Below, piece after piece: positions 1 to 10,895 of a DNA stretch of 64,000 nt (the first letter of the stretch is position 1; each line of letters starts with the position of its first letter). The stretch lies in the NCBI GenBank assembly GCA_964016885.1, contig OZ024753.1, positions 2,046,001 through 2,110,000 on the forward strand, in the 5' to 3' direction. The notes under the pieces are model-generated. The model saw nothing but the letters and a program-made list of their open reading frames with translations. It ran no database searches and was not told where the DNA came from. The stretch comes from Eledone cirrhosa (Eukaryota). Position numbers and translations under genes: made by a program.

Positions 1-2611
1 TCTTTACCCTCTCACACAGCCTTTACTCTGTTCGTTCCCTCTCTCTGCTTTACCTCCTATTCACTCAACATCCCTCTCTCTCTCGCTCTCCTTACATCTT
101 ACCCCCTTCTTCCACTACACTATCTTCTTGCGCTCTCTATTTCTCACCAACCAAATATAAACACGGCCACCTCTCAGTTCTCTCTCCCAGAATAAATTTG
201 CGTGTGTGCAAAATCAGATCAATTTTACAGTCCAGGGGGAAGTAAATGTGTAAAAAAATCTCGAACAAAATTGATTACTTAATAAAATACGACTATGAAA
301 CTTGAACATAATCGCCATGAAACATTCACAAATTTATAATAAAAAATTAATAAATAAAAAATAACGATGTAAAGGTAAGATTGAACCCTAAACTTCGTGA
401 AATTCCGTTAAAGCTATTCGTGTAGTCTTGGCAGACGATGTGTGTGTGTATATATATAAATATACCTGTAAACATGTATATATTTATGTATGCATATATA
501 AATTATTCTCTTATTTACAAAACTATTTAACTAATTTCGTGTCGTCTGGTTTCCTTCCATTTAATTACGACATAACTCTGAACACACCTCCCCTTCATTT
601 ACATTCTCTCTCTCTCCCCTCTCACGCAGCCTTTACTCTGTTTTTTCTCTCATTGTCCCTTCTTCGTTCCCTCTCTCTGCTTTACCTCCTATTCACTCAA
701 CATCCCTCTCTCTATATCTGTCTGTCCGTCTCTCTCTCTCCTTACATCTTACCCTCTCTTGTTCTCACCAACCAAATATAAACACGGTCACCTCTCAGTT
801 CTCTCTCCTAGAATAAATTTGCGGGTGTGCAAAATCAGATTAATTTTACAGTCCAGGGGGAAGTAATTGTGTAAACAAACAGAAAGACAGGAAGTCCCTA
901 CTTGGGCGCTCTACCGGGTAAAAAATCTCGAACAAAATTAATTACTTAATAAAACACGACTATGAAACTTCAACATATTCGCCATAAAACATTCACAACT
1001 TTATAATAAAACATTGATAAATAAAAAATAGCGAAGTAAAGGTAAGACTTCGTGAAATTCCGTTAATGCTATTCGTGATGTCTTGGCAGAGTATGTTTGT
1101 GTATATATATATGTAAATATACCTATATATAAATTATTGTCTTATTTAAAAAATGTTTGTGTTTAATGTTTCATATTGAGTCGTATGGTTTTCTTCCATT
1201 TAATCACGACATAACACTCAATACACTTCCATCCATTTACATGTGTCTCTCTCGGCCTTACCTTTTATTCACTGAACATACCCCTCTCTCTATCATTCTG
1301 TTTCTCCGCCTCTCTCTTCTCACTAACCAAATATAAACACGCTCACCTCTCCTGGAATGAAATTGCGGGTGTGCAAAATCAGATCAATTTTACAGTCCAG
1401 GGGGAAGTAATTGTGTAAAAAAACTCGAACAAAATTATTTACTTGATAAAATACGACTATGAAACTTCAACATAATCGCCATAAAACATTCACAACTTTA
1501 TAATAAAAAAATCGATAAATAAAAAATAACGATGTAAAGGTAAGATTGAACCCTAAACTTCGTCAAATTCCGTTAAAGCTATTCGTGTAGTCTTGGCAGA
1601 CGATGTGTGTGTGTGTGTATATATATAAATATACCTGTAAACATGTATATATTTATGTATGCATGTATATAAATTATTCTCTTATTTACAAAACTATTTA
1701 ACTAATATTTTGTCGTCTAGTTTCCTTCCATTTAATTACGACATAACTCTGAACACAGCTCCCCTTCATTTACATACGGTCTTTCTGTCTCTCTCTCTTT
1801 CCCCCCTCACACAGCCCTTACTCTGGTTTTTCTCTCTCATTGTCCCTTCCTCGGTCCCTCTCTCTGCTTTACCTCCTATTCACTCAACATCCCTCTCTCT
1901 CGTTCTCCTTACATCTTACCCCCTTCTTCCACTACACTAACTTCTTACGCTCTCTATTTCTCACCAACCAAATATAAACACGCTCACCTCTCCTGGAATG
2001 AAATTGCGGGTGTGCAAAATCAGATCAATTTTAGAGTCCAGGGGGAAGTAATTGTGTAAACAAACAGAAAGACAGGAAGTCCCTACTTGGGCGCTCTACC
2101 GGGTAAAAAATCTCGAACAAAATTAATTACTTAATAACACACGACTATGAAACTTCAACATATTCGCCATAAAACATTCACAACTTTATAATAAAACATT
2201 GATAAATAAAAAATAACGAAGTAAAGTTAAGACTTCGTGAAATTCCGTTAATGCTATTCGTGTTGTTTTGGCAGACTATGTTTGTGTATATGTAAATATA
2301 CCTGTATACTTGTACATATTTATGTATGCATATACCTATATATAAATTATTGTCTTATTTACAAAAATGTTTGTGTTTAATGTTTCATATTGAGTCGTAT
2401 GGTTTTCTTCCATTTAATCACGACATAACTCTCAATACATCTCCCTCATTTACATGTCTCTCTCTCTCTCTGTCTTTCTTTCCCCTCTCTTTCTCTCTCC
2501 CTTACCTTTTATTCACTGAACATATCCCTCTCTCTCTATCAGTCTGTTTCTCCGCTTCTCTCTCTTCACATGTTACCCCTCCTTTTTCTCTCTCTCTTCT
2601 CATCTACCAAA

Positions 2612-3100
2612 TATAAACACGCTCACCTCTCCTGGAATGAAATTGCGGGTGTGCAAAATCAGATCAATTTTACGGTCCAGGGGCAAGTAATTGTGTAAAA
2701 AATCTCGAACAAAATTAATTACTTAATAAAACACGACTATGAAACTTCAACATATTCGCCATAAAACATTCACAACTTTATAATGAAACATTGATAAATA
2801 AAAAATAACGAAGTAAAGGTAAGACTTCGTGAAATTCCGTTAGTCTGCCAAGACAACACGAATAGCATTAACGGAATTTCACGAAGTCTTACCTTTACTT
2901 CGTTATTTTTTATTTATCAATGTTTTATTATAAAGTTGTGAATGTTTTATGGAGATTATGTTGAAGTTTCATAGTCGTATTTTATTAAGTAAATAATTTT
3001 GTTCGAGAATTTTTACATAATTACTTCCCCCTGCACCGTAAAATTGATCTGATTTTGCACACCCGCAATTTCATTCCAGGAGAGGTGAGCGTGTCTATAT
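2612..3100. repeat. Inverted-repeat centre of the array: ~230-bp arms with a 26-nt spacer (2843-2868)
   Basis: ...CTTCGTGAAATTCCGTTA (ends 2842), spacer, TAACGGAATTTCACGAAG... (starts 2869); the arms stay complementary through the core with scattered mismatches. Confidence 0.95.
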
Positions 3101-3591
3101 TCCGTTAGTCAGCCAAGACAACACGAATAGCATTAACGGAATTTCACGAAGTCTTACCTTTACTTCGTTATTTTTTATTTATCAATGTTTTATTATAAAG
3201 TTGTGAATGTTTTATGGAGATTATGTTGAAGTTTCATAGTCGTATTTTATTAAGTAAATAATTTTGTTCGAGAATTTTTACATAATTACTTCCCCCTGCA
3301 CCGTAAAATTGATCTGATTTTGCACACCCGCAATTTCATTCCAGGAGAGGTGAGCGTGTTTATATTCCGTTAGTCAGCCAAGACAACACGAAGAGCATTA
3401 ACGGAATTTCACGAAGTCTTACCTTTACTTCGTTATTTTTTATTTATCAATGTTTTATTATAAATTTGTGAATGTTTTATGGCGAATATGTTGATGTTTC
3501 ATAGTCGTGTTTTATTAATTAACTTATTCTGTTCGAGATTTTTTACCCGGTAGAGCGCCCAAGTAGGGACTTCCTGTCTTTCTGTTTGTTT

Positions 3592-3671
3592 ACACAATTA
3601 CTTCCCCCTGGACTGTAAAATTAATCTGATTTTGCACACCCGCAATTTCATTCCAGGAGAGGTGAGCGTGT
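3592..3671 (+). ncRNA. Representative candidate pri-miRNA-like hairpin in the array core (hypothetical)
   Basis: Hand fold ACAC-AA-UUACUUC-CC-CCUGGA-C-UG-UA-AAAUU / loop / AAUUU-CA-U-UCCAGG-A-GAGGUGA-GC-GUGU gives ~24-25 pairs over a ~32-nt stem; no expression evidence. Confidence 0.35.
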
Positions 3672-6600
3672 TTATATTTGGTTGGTGAGAAGAGAGAGAG
3701 GAGATAGCGTAGTGGAAGGAGGGGGTATGTTCAGTGAATAAAAGAGAAAGAGAGGAAAGAAAGCCAGAGAGAGACATGTAAATGAAGGGAAGTGTATTGA
3801 GAGTTATGTCGTGATTAAATGGAAGAAAACTAGACGACACAATATTAAACATGATATTAGATAAACATTTTTGTAAATAAGACAAACATTTATACATGCT
3901 TACAGGTGTATATATACATAGACACATCGTCTGTCAAGACTTCACGAATAGTTTTTACGGAATTTCACGAAGTTTTGTGTTCAATCGTATCTTTACTTCG
4001 TTATTTTTTATTTATCAATGTTTTATTATAAAGTTGTGAATGTTTCATAGTCGTGTTTTATTAATTAACTTATTCTGTTCGAGATTTTTCTATCTGGTAG
4101 AGCGCCCAAGTAGCGACTTCCTATCACTCTGTTTGTTTACACAATTACGTCCCCCTGGACTGTAAAACTAATCTGATTTTGCACACCCGCAAATTTATTC
4201 TAGGAGAGAGAACTGAGAGGTGACCGTGTTTATATTTGGTTGGTGAGAAAGAGAGAGAACAAGAGAGGGTAAGATGTAAGGACAGGGAGAGAGAGAGACG
4301 GTCAGACAGATATAGAGAGAGGGATGTTGAGTAAATAGGAGGTAAAGCAGAGAGAGGGAACGAAGAAGGGACAATGAGAGAAAAAAAACAGAGTAAAGGC
4401 AACGTGAGAGGGGAGAGAGAGAGAATGTAAATGAAGGGGAGGTGTGTTCAGAGTTATGTCGTAATTAAATGGAAGGAAACCAGACGACACGATATTAGTT
4501 AAATAGTTTTGTAAATAAGAGAATAATTTATATATGCATACATAAATATGTTTACAGGTATATTTATATATATACACACACACACATCGTCTGCCAAGAC
4601 TACACTAATAGCTTTAACGGAATTTCACGAAGTTTAGGGTTCAATCTTACCTTTACTTCGTTATTTTTTATTTATTAATGTTTTATTATAAAGTTGTGAA
4701 TGTTTTATGGCGATTATGTTCAAGTTTCATAGTCGTGTTTTATTAAGTAATTAATTTTGTTCGAGATTTTTTACACAATTACTTCCCCCTGGACTGTAAA
4801 ATTAATCTGATTTTGCACACCCGCAATTTCATTCCAGGAGAGGTGAGCGTGTTTATTTTTGGTTGGTGAGAAGAGAGAGAGAGAGACGGAGAAGCAGACT
4901 GATAGAGAAAGGCGGATAAACAGACAGAGAGAGGCGGAGAAACAGACTGATAGAGAGAGGGGGAAGAAAGACAGAGAGAGAGAGAGAGACATGTAAATGA
5001 GGGAGATGTATTGAGAGTTATGTCGTGATTAAATGGAAGAAAACCATACGACTCAATATGAAACATTAAACACAAACATTTTTGTAAATAAGACAATAAT
5101 TTATATATAGGTATATGCATACATAAATATGTACAAGTGTACAGGTATATATATATACACAAACATAGTCTGCCAAGACAACACGAAGAGCATTAACGGA
5201 ATTTCACGAAGTCTTACCTTTACTTCGTTATTTTTTATTTATCAATGTTTTATTATAAAGTTGTGAATATTTTATGGCGAATATGTTGAAGTTTCATAGT
5301 CGTGTTTTATTAATTAACTTATTCAGTTCGAGATTTTTTACCCGGTAGAGCGCCCAAGTAGGGACTTCCTGTCTTTCTGTTTGTTTTCACAATTACGTCC
5401 CCCTGGACTGTAAAATTGATCTGATTTTGCACACCCGCAATTTCATTCCAGGAGAAGTGAGCGTGTTTATATTTGGTTGGTGAGGAGAGAGAGAAAGGAT
5501 ATAGCGTAGTGGAAGGAGGGGGTAACATGTGAAGAGAGAAAGGCAGAGAAGAAGAGAGGGGTATGTTCAGTGAATAAAAGCCAGAGAGAGAGAGAGTGAC
5601 ATGTAAATGAAGGAAAGTGTATTGAGAGTTATGTCGTGATTAAATGGAAGAAAACTAGACGACACAATATGAAATATTAAACACGATATTAGATAAACAT
5701 TTTTGTAAATAAGACAATCATCTATACATGCATACATAAATATATACACGCTTACAGGTATATATATATAGACACACATCGTCTATCAAGACTTCACGAA
5801 GTTTTTACGGAATTTCACGAAGTTTTGTGTTCAATTGTATCTTTACTTCGTTATTTTTTATTTATCAATGTTTTATTATAAAGTTGTGAATGTTTTATGG
5901 CGAATATGTTGATGTTTCATAGTCGTGTTTTATTAATTAACTTATTCTGTTCGAGATTTTTCTATCTGGTAGAGCGCCCAAGTAGGGACTTCCTATCACT
6001 CTGTTTGTTTACACAATTACGTCCCCCTGGACTGTAAAATTAATCTGATTTTGCACACCCGCAAATTTATTCTAGGAGAGAGAACTGAGAGGTGACCGTG
6101 TTTATATTTGGTTGGTGAGAACAAGAGAGGGTAAGAGAGACGGACAGACAGATATAGAGAGAGGGATGTTGAGTGAATAGGAGGTAAAGCAGAGAGAGGG
6201 AACGAAGAAGGGACACTGAGAGAAAAAACAGAGTAAAGGCTGCGTGAGAGGGGAGAGAGAGAGAATGTAAATGAAGGGGAGGTGTGTTCAAAGTTATGTC
6301 GTAATTAAATGGAAGGAAACCAGACGACACGATATTAGTTAAATAGTTTTGTAAATAAGAGAATAATTTATATATGCATACATAAATATGTTTACAGGTA
6401 TATTTATATATATACACACACACACATCGTCTGCCAAGACTACACTAATAGCTTTAACGGAATTTCACGAAGTTTAGGGTTCAATCTTACCTTTACTTCG
6501 TTATTTTTTATTTATTAATTTTTTATTATAAATTTGTGAATGTTTTATGGCGATTATGTTCAAGTTTCATAGTCGTGTTTTATTAAGTAATTAATTTTGT

Positions 6601-6719
6601 TCGAGATTTTTTACACAATTACTTCCCCCTGGACTGTAAAATTAATCTGATTTTGCACACCCGCAATTTCATTCCAGGAGAGGTGAGCGTGTTTATTTTT
6701 GGTTCGTGAGAAGAGAGAG

Positions 6720-6965
6720 AGAGACGGAGAAGCAGACTGATAGAGAGAGGCGGAGACACAGACTGATAGAGAGAGGCGGAGACACAGACTGATAGAGAGA
6801 GGCGGAGACACAGACTGATAGAGAGAGGCGGAGAAACAGACTGATAGAGAGAGGCGGAGAAACAGACAGAGAGAGGCGGAGAAACAGACAGAGAGAGGCG
6901 GAGAAACAGACAGAGAGAGGCGGAGAAACAGACAGAGAGAGGCGGAGAAACAGACTGATAGAGAG
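6720..6965. repeat. 22/26-bp minisatellite expansion inside one array unit
   Basis: About 10 copies of GAGAGAGGCGGAGA(A/C)ACAGAC(TGAT)A; only 1-3 copies in sister units. Confidence 0.85.
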
Positions 6966-9900
6966 AGGGGGAAGAAAGACAGAGAGAGAGAGAGAGACAT
7001 GTAAATGAGGGAGATGTATTGAGAGTTATGTCGTGATTAAATCGAAGAAAACCATACGACTCAATATGAAACATTAAACACAAACATTTTTGTAAATAAG
7101 ACAATAATTTATATATAGGTATATGCATACATAAATATGTACAAGTGTACAGGTATATATATATACACAAACATAGTCTGCCAAGACAACACGAAGAGCA
7201 TTAACGGAATTTCACGAAGTCTTACCTTTACTTCGTTATTTTTTATTTATCAATGTTTTATTATAAAGTTGTGAATATTTTATGGCGAATATGTTGATGT
7301 TTCATAGTCGTGTTTTATTAATTAACTTATTCTGTTCTAGATTTTTCTATCTGGTAGAGCGCCCAAGTAGGGACTTCCTGTCACTCTGTTTGTTTACACA
7401 ATTACGTCCCCCTGGACTGTAAAATTAATCTGATTTTGCACACACGCAAATTTATTCTAGGAGAGAGAACTGAGAGGTGACCGTGTTTATATTTGGTTGG
7501 TGAGAACAAGAGAGGGTAAGCTGTAAGGAGAGAGAGAGACGGACAGACAGATATAGAGAGAGGGATGTTGAGTGAATAGGAGGTAAAGCAGAGAGAGGGA
7601 ACGAAGAAGGGACACTGAGAGAAAAAACAGAGTAAAGGCTGCGTGAGAGGGGAGAGAGAGAGAATGTAAATGAAGGGGAGGTGTGTTCAGAGTTATGTCG
7701 TAATTAAATGGAAGGAAACCAGACGACACGATATTAGTTAAATAGTTTTGTAAATAAGAGAATAATTTATATATGCATACATAAATATATACATGTTTAC
7801 AGGTATATTTATATATATACACACACACATCGTCTGCCAAGACTACACGAATAGCTTTAACGGAATTTCACGAAGTTTAGGGTTCAATCTTACCTTTACT
7901 TCGTTATTTTTTATTTATCAATTCTTTATTATAAAGTTGTGAATGTTTCATGGCGAATATGTTGAAGTTTCATAGTTGTATTTTATTAAGTAAATAATTT
8001 TGTTCGAGATTTTTTACCCGGTAGAGTGCCCAAGTAGCAACTTCCTGTCTCTCTGTTTTTTTACACAATTACTTCCCCCTGGACCGTAAAATTGATCTGA
8101 TTTTGCACACCCGCAATATCATTCCAGAAGCGGTGAGCGTGTTTATATTTGGTTGGTGAGAAGAGAGAAAGGAGATAGCGTAGTGGAAGGTGGGGGTAAC
8201 ATGTGAAGAGAGGGGGAGAAACAAACTGATAGAGAGAGGAGTATGTTCAGTGAATAAAAGGTAAGGCAGAGAGCTGAAAGAAGGGACAATGGGAGAGAGA
8301 GAGGGAACGAATGGACAATGAGAGAGAGGGAAAGGAGAGCATGTGGGGAGGGGAAAGGAAGACAGAGAGAGAGTCACGTAAATGAAGGGAGATGTATTGA
8401 GAGTTATGTCGTGATTAAATGGATGAAAAGCAGAGAACACAATATGAAATATTAAACACGATATTAGATAAACATTTTTGTAAATACGACAATAATTTAT
8501 ATATAGGTATATGCATACATAAATATGTACAAGTATACAGGTATATTTACGTATAAATATACACAAACATCGTCTGCCAAGACCACGAATACTTTAAACG
8601 GAATATCACGAGGTTTAGGGTTTAATCTTATCTTTACTTCGTTATTTTTCCTTATTAATGTTTTATTATAAAGTTGTGAATGTTTTATGGCGAATATGTT
8701 GAAGTTTCATAGTCGTGTTTTATTAAGTAATTAATTTTGTTCGAGATTTTTTACCCGGTAGAGCACCCAAGTAGGGACTTCCTGTCTTTCTGTTTGTTTA
8801 CACAATTACTTCCCCCTGGACCGTAAAATTAATCTGATTTTGCACACCCGCAATTTCATTCCAGGAGAGGTGAGCGTGTTTATATTTGGTTGGTGAGAAG
8901 AGAGAGAGAGAGAAAGGAGATAGTGTAGTGGAAGGAGGGGGTAACATGTGAAGAGACAAAGGCAGAGAAGCAGAGAGAGAGGGAGAAACAGACTGATAGA
9001 GAGAGAGAGGAAAGAAGGGACAATTGGAGAGAGAAAGAGGGAAGGAAGGGACAATGAGAGGGAGATGTTGCGTGAGAGGCGAAAGAAAGACAGAGGAACA
9101 TATGTAAATGAAGGGAGGTGTATTGAGAGTTATGTCGTAATTAAATGGAAGAAAACCAGACGACACAATATGAAATATTAAACACGATATTAGATAAACA
9201 TTTTTGTAAATAAGACAATCTTTTATACATGCTTACATAAATATATACATGCTTACAGGTATATATATATAGACACACATCTTCTGACAAGACTTCACGA
9301 ATAGTTTTTACGGAATTTCACGAAGTTTACTGTTCAATCGTATCTTTACTTCGTTATTTTTTATTTATCGATTTTTTTAATTATAAAGTTGTGAATGTTT
9401 TATGGCGATTATGTTGAAGTTTCATAGTCGTATTTTATTAAGTAAATAATTTTGTTCGAGATTTTTTACACAATTACTTGCCCCTGGACTGTAAAATTGA
9501 TCTTATTTTGCACACCCGCAATTTCATTCCAGGAGAGGTGAGCGTGTTTATATTTGGTTAGTGAGAAGAGAGAGAGAGAGAGAAAGGAGGGGTAACATGT
9601 GAAGAGAGAGAGGCGGAGAAACAGACTGATAGAGAGAGGGGTATGTTCAGTGAATAAAAGGTAAGGGAGAGAGAAAGAGAGAGGAAAGAAAGACAGAGGG
9701 AGACACATGTAAATGAGGGAGATGTATTGAGAGTTATGTCGTGATTAAATGGAAGAAAACCATACGACTCAATATGAAACATTAAACACAAACATTTTTG
9801 TAAATAAGACAATAATTTATATATAGGTATATGCATACATAAATATGTACAAGTGTACAGGTATATTGACATATATATATACACAAACATAGTCTGCCAA

Positions 9901-10544
9901 GACAACACGAATACTTTAAACGGATTATCACGAAGTTCAGGGTTTAATCTTATCTTTGCTTCGTTATTTTTCCTTATTAATCTTTTATTATAAAGTTGTG
10001 AATGCATCATGGCGAATATAGTCGTGTTTTATTAATTTGATTATTTTGTTGGAGTTTTTTATTACCTGGTAGAGCGCCCACGTTTGAACTTGGTGTCATT
10101 GTGTATGTTTAGAGACTTACCTCCCCATGGACTATAAAATTGATCTGATTTTGCACACCCGCAATTTTATTCCAATGACCAGAGCAGTAGTGCCATCAAT
10201 AATATTGTATGTATTTAAGTTTTAGAGACTAGGTTTGATATGTAGAATTTACTATGATTACTGGATACAGGAAGAGTCATCTCCAAATTGAGAAATTCCT
10301 ACTTTCATAAATTAGTTATTTACATAAGAGAAACCCTATAGTTTACGTTGATTACATAGAAATGATTAAAGGAAAAATAACTTTTTACAGGGACAAATGT
10401 AGGATTAGAACCCAGTTCCTTGCAATTGCAAAGTAACAGATATGTATTTGTGTGTATAAATATACATCATAGTGTAATGAATGCATGAGTATGTATATAT
10501 ATATATATATATATATATAAACACATTATCTCAAGGAACTCTGC

Positions 10545-10745
10545 TCAGTGCACTATACATGTGAATGGAGTTCCACTGAAGCAGATGGAGAAGCTCAAGT
10601 ATCTCGGGTCCATGTTCACAAGTGATGGACGATAAGATACTGAATTAAGTACAAGAATTGCAGTAGCCAAATGATTAGTTTCAATATTATTTAAAGATAG
10701 GGAGTGTCTCTCATATAAAGTAACAAAAATGCTATAAGTAGGTGT
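10545..10745 (+). mobile_element. Decayed non-LTR retrotransposon reverse-transcriptase fragment
   Basis: Translates as IHVNGVPLKQMEKLKYLGSMFTSDGR then stop; the KYLG motif is typical of the LINE RT C-terminal region. Confidence 0.6.
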
Positions 10746-10822
10746 AATCTGAAATAAAATACCAGGAATGAGACGATATTTCTCACTGAACACATGTACA
10801 ATCTTGTTATATGAGAACTTAC

Positions 10823-10895
10823 TTTTGAGGATAATATGTTAAGCCTGCAGAATGTAGGTAGTAGTCAGGAATAAAGGCCCACCCAATGTACAAGC
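10823..10895 (-). CDS. PIGP: PIGP second coding exon ([24 protein letters not shown]), 73 nt
   Basis: Acceptor ttttcag, phase 1 to 2, donor AA|GTAAGT. Confidence 0.93.

Larger units (their letters stand above)
1..10191. repeat. Complex tandem array (satellite), unit ~540-780 bp, 18 copies of the core (5 on +, 13 on -), continuing off the left edge
   Basis: Core GCGGGTGTGCAAAATCAG (or reverse complement) at ~200, 821, 1365, 2006, 2645 (+) and ~3062, 3327, 3639, 4186, 4820, 5434, 6058, 6660, 7442, 8110, 8847, 9515, 10158 (-). Each unit also has an AT-rich block, a TA/CA block and a variable CT-rich block. Confidence 0.97.

Noticed and set aside
1353-1374. TGGAATGAAATTGCGGGTGTGC shares GGAATG with the miR-1 seed
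   Set aside because: Only 7 nt match, it lies on the 5' arm, and the rest is unlike miR-1.
2808-2830. ACGAAGT-AAAGGTAAG-ACTTCGT stem-loop with a donor-like loop (spliced-leader RNA idea)
   Set aside because: No downstream Sm-binding U-tract or further SL stem-loops; loop length varies between units.
2836-2875. Inversion as a pure fold-back sequencing artefact
   Set aside because: The arms differ at multiple sites and the junction is itself repeated three times with variants; considered unlikely, though read-level confirmation is still needed.
428-10010. Recurrent 70-180 aa ORFs in the array (YIYK...SLSL..., MKLRVCKIRLILQSRGK)
   Set aside because: They run through TA and CT microsatellites, shift frame between units and lack recognisable domains; they are by-products of the repeat.
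10060-10080. ATTACCTGGTAGAGCGCC resembling the U1 snRNA 5' end or a tRNA A-box
   Set aside because: No U1 stem-loops or Sm site follow, and there is no B-box or cloverleaf.
1-10191. CRISPR-like repeat/spacer interpretation of the array
   Set aside because: Eukaryotic context, units of hundreds of bp, spacers homologous to each other, no cas genes.
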